A stretch of DNA of 30,154 nucleotides from an uncultured virus (IMG/VR IMGVR_UViG_3300031720_000001) (lineage: Duplodnaviria > Heunggongvirae > Uroviricota > Caudoviricetes), in IMG/VR virus record IMGVR_UViG_3300031720_000001; one strand, given 5' to 3'. A program made the position numbers and the translations under genes. Positions within the stretch are counted from its first letter, which is position 1; each line of letters opens with the position of its first letter. The notes under the pieces were generated by a model, which ran no database searches, was not told the origin of the DNA, and saw only the letters and a program-made list of their open reading frames with translations. This document shows positions 17,734 to 26,131 of this stretch, piece by piece.

Positions 17734-17861
17734 GGTGCTCCACGTGCACGCAAGCAGCGGGCCGGCGGTAACCCGCTGCAATCGTGCGCTGGAGCATCCA
17801 GGAAGTGCCGAGAACTGTCACTGGCGGGCGCAAACTAGGCCCGCTGTCCATTGGAGGGGCT

Positions 17862-18146
17862 ATGCACACGTACATCTGTCGGCGCGGCGACGCCGAGATC
17901 CGGATCATGATCAACCTGGACTGGTCGGGCGAGGCCCACGTGGTCGTCGTGGACCCGGGGCGACGGAACGCCCGGGACCGGCTGCCCGCGGTCGATCTCG
18001 TCAATGGCGTGGTCCCCACGCGCGAGATCGTGGTGGAGAACCCCACGTGGCTGCTCCCGCACGAGTGGTGCTGGGCGGTCGCACTGGCGGCCCGCCAGTA
18101 CACCATCTACCAGTTGCGCGCGGCCATCCTGAGTGTCGGGGCATAG
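17862..18146 (+). CDS. Hypothetical protein
   Basis: GGAGGGG RBS; MHTYICRRG... Confidence 0.65.
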   Translation: MHTYICRRGDAEIRIMINLDWSGEAHVVVVDPGRRNARDRLPAVDLVNGVVPTREIVVENPTWLLPHEWCWAVALAARQYTIYQLRAAILSVGA

Positions 18147-18148
18147 AC

Positions 18149-18358
18149 GTGAGGGTCTCTGAATTGTCCGTCGGCGACCATGTCGAGGACTCCCGGACGG
18201 GCGCGGTCGTCAAGGTGGCCGCGATCGAGCCGTGCGGCTCGTGCCCATGTGGCTGGGGCGAGATTGAGTTGCATCAGATCGGACCCGACCCCCGCAAGAC
18301 GCGGAAGACGTTCAAGCAGTTCGAGCGCCTCAAGTTCGTTCGAAGGGTCTCCCTGTGA
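18149..18358 (+). CDS. Small hypothetical protein
   Basis: VRVSELSVGD...CGSCPC; GTGA overlap downstream. Confidence 0.55.
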   Translation: MRVSELSVGDHVEDSRTGAVVKVAAIEPCGSCPCGWGEIELHQIGPDPRKTRKTFKQFERLKFVRRVSL

Positions 18359-18579
18359 GTTGCGCTTGCCAGTGGCAACATCACCCGTCGTTGGGCGACG
18401 TGCTGGTGACCCCGTGCCACGAGCACATGGTGCAGAACCGGCTGTCCCATCTCGACCCGGAGACCCGCGACTACCACATCGTGCGCCTGCTCGACGCCGA
18501 GCTCGACCACTTCGTGCGTGAACACGCCAAGGGGCGTCGGGTCGAGCCCGCTCAAGCGCTCGGTCCAAGGAGGACGTGA
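18355..18579 (+). CDS. Hypothetical protein
   Basis: Coupled GTG start; GC3-rich. Confidence 0.55.
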   Translation: MSCACQWQHHPSLGDVLVTPCHEHMVQNRLSHLDPETRDYHIVRLLDAELDHFVREHAKGRRVEPAQALGPRRT

Positions 18580-18593
18580 TGGCCCAACTCGCG

Positions 18594-19061
18594 TCAGAAC
18601 AACTCGATCACGGTGAGCTTGCGCTGGGTGTCGTTCGCGCGGGCGCTACCGCCGATCGCGGCCCACCGGGTGTCGACGGTGTGCGACCCAGCAGCCAGTG
18701 TGATCAGGGCGTGCGCCGAACATGGCGCCAGGGTATCGACGGTCAAAAGGCCCAGCGTGACCGCGAGATTGCAACTGACCTGGCGGCGGGTCCCCGCGAT
18801 TTCAACGCCATCCAAGAACAGCGCGTAGTTGAAGTTGTCTGCGACGGCGGCGATATGGAAGTCGGCGTCGAACAGCGCCAGCAACTGGCCACCGATGGTG
18901 GTGACGGTCAGGGTCATCTCTGGGATCACCACGAAGGCGGCGTTGGCGCTGGTGGGGTTGGCGGTCGATCCGGTGACCGTGGCGCGGGCGCCCAGCGAAT
19001 CCCCTGCCTGGATCTGCTGGGGCTGGGGCGGGACGATGACCATGGGGCGGCGCGATGCCAT
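18594..19061 (-). CDS. Putative virion structural/fibre-associated beta protein
   Basis: Thr/Ala-rich; IPEMTLTVTT, LAAGSHTVDTRW, RKLTVIEL typical of fibre C-terminal domains. Confidence 0.6.
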   Translation of the reverse strand: MASRRPMVIVPPQPQQIQAGDSLGARATVTGSTANPTSANAAFVVIPEMTLTVTTIGGQLLALFDADFHIAAVADNFNYALFLDGVEIAGTRRQVSCNLAVTLGLLTVDTLAPCSAHALITLAAGSHTVDTRWAAIGGSARANDTQRKLTVIELF

Positions 19062-19070
19062 GGTCTCTAC

Positions 19071-19556
19071 CTAGAGCAGGATGGTGGTGTCGATCTCGAT
19101 CATCATCGTGACCGTGTCGATCGCGGTGCCGACCGGCGCCACGAACTGCCCGGCGGTCGCGGGGGCCGTCGTGGTGAGCTTGCCGGCCGCTGCGGCGTCC
19201 AGGAAGTACGCCGACCCGGCGGTGAGTCCGCCGGTCTGGCCGGTCACCGCGTCCCACTGCGTGGTGGTGGCGATCAGGGGGCCTTCGAGCGCGACCACAC
19301 CGGATGCCGATGCGGCAATGCTGGGGGATGTCGCGACCAGGCCGATCGCCCGCGTGGTCGCGGCGGCGTTCGCGCGGGCCAGTTGGAACGCGGTGTTGCC
19401 GCTGATGTAGACCGGCGCGCCGATCACGGCGGAGACGCCGCCGGCGTTGGTGAGGGTCAGTTCCATCGCTCCGGTCGTGGGGACGTCCAGCACGTCGCCC
19501 GCGGGGAGTTGCTGGATCTGGTTGCCAATGATGACGAGGGGCTTGCGCGCGGACAT
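19071..19556 (-). CDS. Putative capsid decoration/cement-like protein (DUF2190-like)
   Basis: GAPVYI...LARAN...AIGLV...GLTAGSAYFL...GKLTTTAP...VGTA; GGGAGA RBS. Confidence 0.65.
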   Translation of the reverse strand: MSARKPLVIIGNQIQQLPAGDVLDVPTTGAMELTLTNAGGVSAVIGAPVYISGNTAFQLARANAAATTRAIGLVATSPSIAASASGVVALEGPLIATTTQWDAVTGQTGGLTAGSAYFLDAAAAGKLTTTAPATAGQFVAPVGTAIDTVTMMIEIDTTILL

Positions 19557-19568
19557 GGGGTTCTCCCT

Positions 19569-20279
19569 TCAGTGAAGGAGGACGGGGAGGGTGAGCAAGA
19601 CGATGAGGGTGTCGGCGTCGCGGGCAGTACCTACGGCGACCACGGACTGTCCTGGGATCGTGGGAGGCGACGTCGAGATCTCACCCGGGGAGGTCGCCAA
19701 GGTGTACAGCGCGCCCGGAGTGAGGCCGCCGACCTGGCCGGTCACGGCGTCCCACTGCGCCGTGGTGAGGACCATGGCGCCGACGCTTTGCAGTGGCGTG
19801 GGCATTGTGGGTGCGGTGGTGGCGATCGCCAACCCCACAACGGGCGCGGTCGCCCCGGCCGATGCGTCGCCCCGCACGCCCAGGGCGGTCACCGGGGAGC
19901 CAGCCAAGATCGGTACGCCGGAGTTGTTGGTGACCGTGAACTGCTCGGCGGGGTTGGGGGCCCCGTTCGAGGACGGCGCGAAAGGACCCGGGCTCAGGCG
20001 GTTGGTGAAGCTGCCGTCTTGCCCGCTGTCACCGAACAGCCGGTCGATCGGATGCCACGCTTCGACCAGACACTCGCAGTCCGCCGCGACCAAGCCCAGG
20101 TTGGCCACGGTCACGGTGCTGGTATCGGCGTCGACGACCTCGAAGAGGCCCGCGGTGCGGAGCGCGATCTGGTCCGGCACCAGCGCGACGCCGCGGATGT
20201 TCAGGTGATGGGCTGCGAACACGACTCCGCTGGGCGCAACGCCCGTGAACGTCACCAGACTCTTCAGCACGTCCACCAT
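19569..20279 (-). CDS. Putative structural protein; C-terminal domain paralogous to 19071-19556
   Basis: Shared TTxQWDAVTGQxGGLTxGxxY.L...G..xTxxP..xGQ.V..VGTA. Confidence 0.7.
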   Translation of the reverse strand: MVDVLKSLVTFTGVAPSGVVFAAHHLNIRGVALVPDQIALRTAGLFEVVDADTSTVTVANLGLVAADCECLVEAWHPIDRLFGDSGQDGSFTNRLSPGPFAPSSNGAPNPAEQFTVTNNSGVPILAGSPVTALGVRGDASAGATAPVVGLAIATTAPTMPTPLQSVGAMVLTTAQWDAVTGQVGGLTPGALYTLATSPGEISTSPPTIPGQSVVAVGTARDADTLIVLLTLPVLLH

Positions 20280-20300
20280 CCCGGGAAAGGACTATAACTG

Positions 20301-20609
20301 ATGGGCCGCCACATCTACTACCAATGCCAGCGCTGCACCCAGATCCGCTGCAGGGCGTGCGAGACGCTCGCCCCCGAAGGCGAGCACAGCGAGATCAAGA
20401 CCGAGGTTCGGTGGTGCGGTAGCGAGGCGTGTATCGCCGACGAGGCGACTGCGAACGGGGTCAGCGTCGAGGCGATGAAGGCGCACAAGCGCAGAGTCCA
20501 ATCTGCGTGGCGACGCGATGTGGGGTGCCTCGAATCACCCCACCGGACGGACTGCGACAAGCAGACTGACCCGGCATTCCCTTGCAACTGCCAGCGGAGT
20601 GGACGATGA
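20301..20609 (+). CDS. Cys-rich hypothetical protein
   Basis: Multiple CxxC; AAAGGA RBS. Confidence 0.6.
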   Translation: MGRHIYYQCQRCTQIRCRACETLAPEGEHSEIKTEVRWCGSEACIADEATANGVSVEAMKAHKRRVQSAWRRDVGCLESPHRTDCDKQTDPAFPCNCQRSGR

Positions 20610-21010
20610 GCAGCCACCGGATCACGTTCGTTCTGACCGGCTACGTTGACGCGGTCAAGCGGAGCGTACGCCGGATGCTCGACAACCACGGATTTACCGA
20701 GGTCAGCTTCGATGTGGGGCCTGAGATGGTGCTCGTTCACGCCGATGGTGGCACGTGCCACGGGACACCGCTCGTCGACGGGCGGTGCCCCGCGTGCGGC
20801 ATCGTTCCGGACATGCAGTCGACGGAGATGTGGCCACGGGCGACGGTCTCTCTCGACGCCAGGACACCGACGCTTCCGAGGCGGCATGCACCTGTCCTAT
20901 CGAAGGATCTCTCGCGGGTGATCGGATGCCGCTGTGGCTGGCGACCCAGCGGAACGCCGGGCTCTGATGCAGAGACCGAGTTGGCGGAACATCACGCTTC
21001 GTGTCGGTAA
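20606..21010 (+). CDS. Cys-containing hypothetical protein
   Basis: MSSHRITF...CPAC...CRC; GGAG RBS; ATGA overlap. Confidence 0.6.
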   Translation: MSSHRITFVLTGYVDAVKRSVRRMLDNHGFTEVSFDVGPEMVLVHADGGTCHGTPLVDGRCPACGIVPDMQSTEMWPRATVSLDARTPTLPRRHAPVLSKDLSRVIGCRCGWRPSGTPGSDAETELAEHHASCR

Positions 21011-21014
21011 TGCC

Positions 21015-22022
21015 ATGCGTGTCCTCCTCCTTCACCTCGACGGCAAGCTGCCGAACATCGCGTTGATGCGGATCGCGCATCACCACCGGGCGCTGGGCAA
21101 CGAGGTGACGCTACGCCGTGCCGGCAACGCCAACGCGCTGGAGCCTCGGTTCGGCGATCCGGGCTGGGATCGGGTCTACGCATCGGCGATCTTCGAGCGC
21201 AGCCGGCCGCTCGCCGAGCGCGTCATGGCCCTCTACCCGCAGGCGGTGGTGGGCGGTACGGGCTCGTGGAATCTGTCGCAGACGCTGGAGAGCATCGGCG
21301 TGGCGACCGAGGGACCGATCGACTACACCGACTATCCACGGTGGCGGCAGTCGCTGGGCTTCACGATGCGCGGGTGCCGGCTGGCGTGCGAGTTTTGTGT
21401 TGTGCCGCGCAAGGAGGGCAAGGCGCGCGCGGTCGCGACCATCGACGAGATCTACCGCGGCGCCGGGCACCCCCTCGAGCTGGTGCTGCTGGACAACGAT
21501 TTCTTTGGTAACCCCAACGCCGACCAGGTCGCTGACGCCATCCGTGACGGCAAGTTCCGGGTGAACTTCTGCCAGGGCATCAACGCCCGCATGCTCTCGG
21601 ACCGCGCGGCGGAGGTGATCGCGTCGCTCGACTACCGCGACACGAACATGAAGACCCGGCGGATCTACACCGCCTGGGACTCCAAGGACGACGAGCGCGT
21701 GCTGTTCCGGGGGCTCGAGGCGCTGGTCCGCCACGGGGTCAAGCCGCGCCACATCATGGTGTACATCCTCATCGGGTTCTGGCCCGGGGAGACCCACGCC
21801 GACCGCGACCACCGGCGCGCGCAGCTCCGAGCGTTCGGCGCCCTGCCCTACCCGATGCCGTACCGGCGCACGCCTGAGCTCGTGGGCTTCCAGCGCTGGG
21901 TGATCGGCGCGTACGACAAGCGGATCCCGTGGAGCGAGTTCGCTGGAGCGCGGTTCTCGCCACGACAACTGGGCGACCGGACCACGTTGCCCTTGTTCAA
22001 CCCGCAACCACCCGAGGTGTGA
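21015..22022 (+). CDS. Radical SAM enzyme (phage type, PNIALM N-terminal domain)
   Basis: DGKLPNIALMRI, FTMRGCRLACEFCVVPRKEG (CxxxCxxC), LLDNDFFG, QGINAR, MVYILIG. Confidence 0.88.
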   Translation: MRVLLLHLDGKLPNIALMRIAHHHRALGNEVTLRRAGNANALEPRFGDPGWDRVYASAIFERSRPLAERVMALYPQAVVGGTGSWNLSQTLESIGVATEGPIDYTDYPRWRQSLGFTMRGCRLACEFCVVPRKEGKARAVATIDEIYRGAGHPLELVLLDNDFFGNPNADQVADAIRDGKFRVNFCQGINARMLSDRAAEVIASLDYRDTNMKTRRIYTAWDSKDDERVLFRGLEALVRHGVKPRHIMVYILIGFWPGETHADRDHRRAQLRAFGALPYPMPYRRTPELVGFQRWVIGAYDKRIPWSEFAGARFSPRQLGDRTTLPLFNPQPPEV

Positions 22023-22025
22023 CCC

Positions 22026-22400
22026 ATGGCCAAGCGACAGACCCGACGCACGATCTCTATCAACGGCCGCCTGTTCGAGGACTCCAAGCAGCGCGCGGCC
22101 CAGTGGCGCGTGCCGCACTCGGCGCTCACTGAGTACGCGCTACGCAAGGTCCTTGAGCTGGAGACCCAGCCGGACATCCCCATCCCCAGCGTCGAGCGGG
22201 CGCTCGAGAGCCGCGCCGCCGGGATGATCCGGGCCACCGCGCGGATCCAACCGCCCAGCCGGTCGCGCATGGCGGCGCTCCTGGTGCGCGAGACCGGGTG
22301 CACGGTGCAGGCTGCCGCCAGTCGGTTCGGACTCACGCGACAAGCGGTCGATGGCGCGATGAGACGTGCGATTCCAGTAGCTTCCAGTGGAACTAAATAG
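22026..22400 (+). CDS. DNA-binding protein (RHH-like N-terminus, HTH C-terminus)
   Basis: RRTISIN...SALTEYAL; CTVQAAASRFGLTRQAV. Confidence 0.65.
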   Translation: MAKRQTRRTISINGRLFEDSKQRAAQWRVPHSALTEYALRKVLELETQPDIPIPSVERALESRAAGMIRATARIQPPSRSRMAALLVRETGCTVQAAASRFGLTRQAVDGAMRRAIPVASSGTK

Positions 22401-22414
22401 TAATTTAGTTCCAC
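22387..22414. repeat. Perfect 12-bp inverted repeat, 4-nt spacer
   Basis: GTGGAACTAAAT-AGTA-ATTTAGTTCCAC. Confidence 0.9.
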
Positions 22415-22451
22415 ATCGAGCGCAGTACCACGTGATTACAAGGAGATAGGG

Positions 22452-22835
22452 ATGCGTACCTACGAGGACCGGACGACCGCGATCGAATTCACGCTCACAC
22501 CCGCGACCGCCGAAACGCTCGCGTCGAACATCGCCAGCGACGAAGATCGGGCGCTGCGCGAACCGGTCCGCCTGCGGGTGGTGATCCCGCGAGCCCATGC
22601 GACCACCTACCACCAAGCCAAGGTCGAGGTGTTCGTGAATGGCACGAACGCCGTCGGGGAGTCGGTCTGGACCCCGCTGGTCAGCGAGCGGATCGCCATC
22701 GCGGGCCTGTGGGTAGGCCACGATCTCGCGGTCGTCTTCGCGCTTCATGGCCTCGTACGCGCGCTGGGGTGCGGCTCCGCAATCATTCGAGAGCAACCCA
22801 ACGGCTCGGTGATCATCAGCCTGGGGGGCCTCTAG
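22452..22835 (+). CDS. Hypothetical protein
   Basis: AAGGAGA RBS. Confidence 0.7.
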   Translation: MRTYEDRTTAIEFTLTPATAETLASNIASDEDRALREPVRLRVVIPRAHATTYHQAKVEVFVNGTNAVGESVWTPLVSERIAIAGLWVGHDLAVVFALHGLVRALGCGSAIIREQPNGSVIISLGGL

Positions 22836-23213
22836 GTGGACGACGATCGCGAGCGAGAACGACGGATCGCCTCGCTTCTGACGGGGCCGGCGCGAACCGT
22901 TCAGGCTGTGGCGTACCCGACGTCGGGAACGCCTGGTGTGCTCCAGCTCTACCTACGTGACGGCGACGATGAACTCTTCGCCTGCGTCCTGATGACGCGT
23001 GCGCGGTACCGCCAGTCGATGGTGGTGCCGGCGGCGATCACATTGCCGTCGTCGGAGATCCTGGGCACCCCTGACGTCCAGGTGGTCCCTTTGGACGACC
23101 TGAACGCTACGGGCGTTCTCACGGCGGCTCGTGCATGGGTCGAACACGTGTGCCCGCAAGCGACGGCCACCCTCGTTCTGGAGCCTCCCGATGTCGAAGG
23201 AAAGGGGACGTAG
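22836..23213 (+). CDS. Hypothetical protein
   Basis: GTG directly after upstream TAG. Confidence 0.6.
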   Translation: MDDDRERERRIASLLTGPARTVQAVAYPTSGTPGVLQLYLRDGDDELFACVLMTRARYRQSMVVPAAITLPSSEILGTPDVQVVPLDDLNATGVLTAARAWVEHVCPQATATLVLEPPDVEGKGT

Positions 23214-23427
23214 ATGGCCATATCAGCGATCGCATCGCTTCTGACGACGCTCCAGGCCGACTGCGCCTACGCCAAGGCCAACAACACGCAACGCGACCTG
23301 GATGAGTTGTACGAGCTTCTGGGGCGCGTCGTGGCGGTGGTTGGTGCCGTCGCTAAGCACCTGGAACCACCGCCCGAGGCTCATGTCGCCGCCAACCTGA
23401 CCAGGGGGACGTAGATGGCCATATCAG
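23204..23427 (+). repeat. 23-bp direct repeat GGGGACGTAGATGGCCATATCAG (23204-23226, 23405-23427)
   Basis: Exact match read from sequence. Confidence 0.95.
23214..23414 (+). CDS. Hypothetical protein bracketed by a 23-bp direct repeat
   Basis: AGGGGA RBS; MAIS start shared with next gene. Confidence 0.6.
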   Translation: MAISAIASLLTTLQADCAYAKANNTQRDLDELYELLGRVVAVVGAVAKHLEPPPEAHVAANLTRGT

Positions 23428-24230
23428 TCGGACTGTTGCAAGAGACCGCCCGCGAGATCCAGTGCCTCCTCGCGCTCCACGAGCACGCCTACCAGCGCGT
23501 CGAGGTGCCAACCGACGACGCAGCTGCGCGCCGGCTGTGCGATGACGTGCTGCTCAACAACCCGACCCGGCCGTGTACGACCACCGAGCTCGCGATGGCG
23601 CGCTTTCTCCTCTTGCGGCTGGGGCCGCACGGGACCAGGGATAGTGACGAGCAGCGCGCGTTCGACATGATCGCCGAGTACCTCCGCGCGCGCGACGCGA
23701 TGGAGGACACCACCGCGCTGGTCTTGCTGATGCCTCGGAGCAACCACCCTATCATCGCCGAGTTCCTGGCGGCGACCCGCGAATGCCGCGACGCGAACGC
23801 CATCACACCGGTGGACGAAGCGGCCCGCGCGCAAGCCGCCAAGCGTGCGGCCCATGCGGTCGCCGAGATGCGGCAGGCCCTCGCCGACCACCGCGCGGCG
23901 TTCGGGATGCCGCCCAGCGCGGGCCCGTACCGGTTGCCCATGGTGGAATGGGACGGCCAGACCGACACGCCCGTGGCGAATTCCGCGGGTCGAGCGATGT
24001 TCGCCGAGTGCGCCGAGTGCGCGGGCAAGCCGGGCGCGCCGTCGCTCTGCAACGCCTGCCTCCACAACCGCGGGATCGCGGACGAGCTCCACCGGGTGTT
24101 CGCGGCTGCCTTCGCAGTGAACGAGCTCCGGCTCACGATCAAGAGCCGGATCGACCACCGCGACCGGAACGCCATCCGGCACCTGGCCACGGTCGTCGAC
24201 GACATGATCCGGCGAGGGTGGTCGCCGTGA
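23415..24230 (+). CDS. Hypothetical protein with CxxC..KPG...LCxxC motif
   Basis: CAECAGKPGAPSLCNACLHNR. Confidence 0.65.
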   Translation: MAISVGLLQETAREIQCLLALHEHAYQRVEVPTDDAAARRLCDDVLLNNPTRPCTTTELAMARFLLLRLGPHGTRDSDEQRAFDMIAEYLRARDAMEDTTALVLLMPRSNHPIIAEFLAATRECRDANAITPVDEAARAQAAKRAAHAVAEMRQALADHRAAFGMPPSAGPYRLPMVEWDGQTDTPVANSAGRAMFAECAECAGKPGAPSLCNACLHNRGIADELHRVFAAAFAVNELRLTIKSRIDHRDRNAIRHLATVVDDMIRRGWSP

Positions 24231-24865
24231 CGAACAAACCACAGGGCATCACCATGCGAACCGCCGTGCTTGTGGCGATCGCGAGGTGGGCCGGCAAGGA
24301 CGACCGCCCTCACCTGAACGTCGTGGCGTTTCGACACGACGAGTGCATCGCATGCGACGGCCACCGCATGGTGCGCTTCCCGTGCAAGACCTATGGCTAC
24401 ACGTTCGGGGTCCATCACGCGCACCTGACCGCAGCGGCGGCGGCGGCGCAATCCGCCGGTGGCTACGGCTCGCATGAGGTGGTGCTGGTTCCGGAGGCCA
24501 GCGCCAAGCCGCCGACCATCGCGGTCTGGCTTGACCCCCGAGGCTCCTTCCGCCTGACGGTCCCGTTTCGTGACCTCGATGAGTACCCATCGCAGAAAAC
24601 GATTGATGAGTTGATGGCGACGGTGACGACCCAACCCGCGTCGTCGTTCGCCGTCCATGTCTTCAACCCGTCCTATCTGTCCCAGCTCGCCGATCTCCAT
24701 GCTGCGACCATCGACGGTTGGGAGGGCACCCCAGAAACGGACGCGAAGGGACGCGACTATCGAACCGCGCTCCAGATCGTGGCGTGGGGAAGCGACCACC
24801 GAGGCGCTGTCGTGTTCAAGAATGCCAGGGGCGTACGCTTCCTGGTGATGCCGGTGGCGCCGTGA
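24227..24865 (+). CDS. DNA polymerase III beta-clamp-like protein, shortened (start 24227 GTG or 24254 ATG)
   Basis: AGKDDRPHLNVV...IACDGHRM, DEYP, FNPSYL, FLVMPV resemble DnaN R..LNG..ATDGHRL, G.YP, FN..YL, VIMP. Confidence 0.7.
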   Translation: MTNKPQGITMRTAVLVAIARWAGKDDRPHLNVVAFRHDECIACDGHRMVRFPCKTYGYTFGVHHAHLTAAAAAAQSAGGYGSHEVVLVPEASAKPPTIAVWLDPRGSFRLTVPFRDLDEYPSQKTIDELMATVTTQPASSFAVHVFNPSYLSQLADLHAATIDGWEGTPETDAKGRDYRTALQIVAWGSDHRGAVVFKNARGVRFLVMPVAP

Positions 24866-25212
24866 CCTACCGACGATGCGATCTCGCCACCGAGACCGGC
24901 GCGTTCGGGATCTTCGACTGCCGTACCGGGGAGGCCATCCAGATCGAGACGGATGCGGCCTGCCGGCGGCTGGCGGAGGACCGCTACCCGGGATGCACGT
25001 TCGCGATGACCGCGACGGCCAGCATCGAGCTCCACCCGGCCAACCCCGTCCCCCTTCCGGACGTCGTGGTCATCGCGGTGTGCTTACGGTCGGCGACGGG
25101 GACCGCGGAGATCCACGCCTATATCTTTGGCGCCGTGCATGGCCCGCAGTGCGTGCCCTTCACCCCGGATGTGTGGACGGATGCGTATGACCTCTTGACC
25201 CGGAGGAACTGA
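24862..25212 (+). CDS. Hypothetical protein
   Basis: GTGA overlap. Confidence 0.6.
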   Translation: MTYRRCDLATETGAFGIFDCRTGEAIQIETDAACRRLAEDRYPGCTFAMTATASIELHPANPVPLPDVVVIAVCLRSATGTAEIHAYIFGAVHGPQCVPFTPDVWTDAYDLLTRRN

Positions 25213-25215
25213 ACA

Positions 25216-26127
25216 ATGACGACGAAGCGAGAGGACAAGCTGTACCCACATATCACCGGCGTCGTGGGCGACGAGGGGGAGAACCCGGGCGTACTGGCGG
25301 TCGTAGCGGTGCTCGACCCCAACCCCTACTTCCCCGACGTCGGCCGGATCATCGTCGGGTCGCCGCAAGAAAGCGAGGCGTTGCCGGGCTACCTCCCGGA
25401 CCTGGGTGGCTTCAGCATGGGGATCGACGGTGCCGAGCGCCTGATCGCGACCTTGCAGCAGGCGATCAGCGACATCCGCGCCGCGACCGGCAACTACAAG
25501 ACCAGCGAGGTGTGGGCCCACCCACCCTACCTGGCGGGGTTCGAGCGGATCGGACGGCTCGACGCCACCGGTCGCAGGTCGCTCTGGCTCAAGGAGGGCC
25601 ACGACGAGTTCGAGCTCCGCGCCGGCCGCGAGGGCGGTGACGAACACGTCCGGGTCACCACGGACAATCCGCAGTTCCAAGACCTCCACAACGCGATGGC
25701 CTGCGCCCGGTTCGCCGCGGAGTACGAGCACGAGCACGGCTATGCCCTGAGCCCGCTGGGGATCGAGCACTTCGGCTACGAGACCTCTGGTGGCGTGGTG
25801 ACCGACGAAGCGCTGCACCACACCACGGTCTTCACCTTCCGTGACCCGGTACTCGGGCCGTTCCGCGTGCTGGTTCGCCACGGTCGCCACTTCGCCGTCC
25901 AGTACCCCCGCCCGCCGGATCCGGACCCCTTGTCGCCCGAGCAGGATGCCCGGGTGAGCTGGGAGTCGGTCACCCTGCAGGCGTGCGGCGTCACGCCCGA
26001 CACCATCATGGCGGGGCTGCTGGTCGCGTTGGCCGCGTACGGCACGTACGGCGCTGACCCTCACATCAGGCCGCTGGTCACGGTCACGGCCGATAACGTC
26101 ACCACCATCGACCTGGGAGAGATCTAA
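25216..26127 (+). CDS. Hypothetical protein (303 aa)
   Basis: GGAGG RBS; GC3-rich frame. Confidence 0.75.
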   Translation: MTTKREDKLYPHITGVVGDEGENPGVLAVVAVLDPNPYFPDVGRIIVGSPQESEALPGYLPDLGGFSMGIDGAERLIATLQQAISDIRAATGNYKTSEVWAHPPYLAGFERIGRLDATGRRSLWLKEGHDEFELRAGREGGDEHVRVTTDNPQFQDLHNAMACARFAAEYEHEHGYALSPLGIEHFGYETSGGVVTDEALHHTTVFTFRDPVLGPFRVLVRHGRHFAVQYPRPPDPDPLSPEQDARVSWESVTLQACGVTPDTIMAGLLVALAAYGTYGADPHIRPLVTVTADNVTTIDLGEI

Positions 26128-26131
26128 CCAC

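Noticed and set aside
18576..20297. 573-aa + strand ORF
   Set aside because: Antisense shadow of three well-formed minus-strand genes; low-complexity Gly/Arg product typical of GC-rich DNA.
21015..22022. Radical SAM as QueE
   Set aside because: Cluster motif lies about 120 aa in, after an extra domain, and lacks the QueE N-terminal QGEG/FVR..GC context.
22381..22414. parS site
   Set aside because: Contains GTGGAAC/GTTCCAC half-sites but not in the contiguous GTTCCAC-GTGGAAC arrangement.
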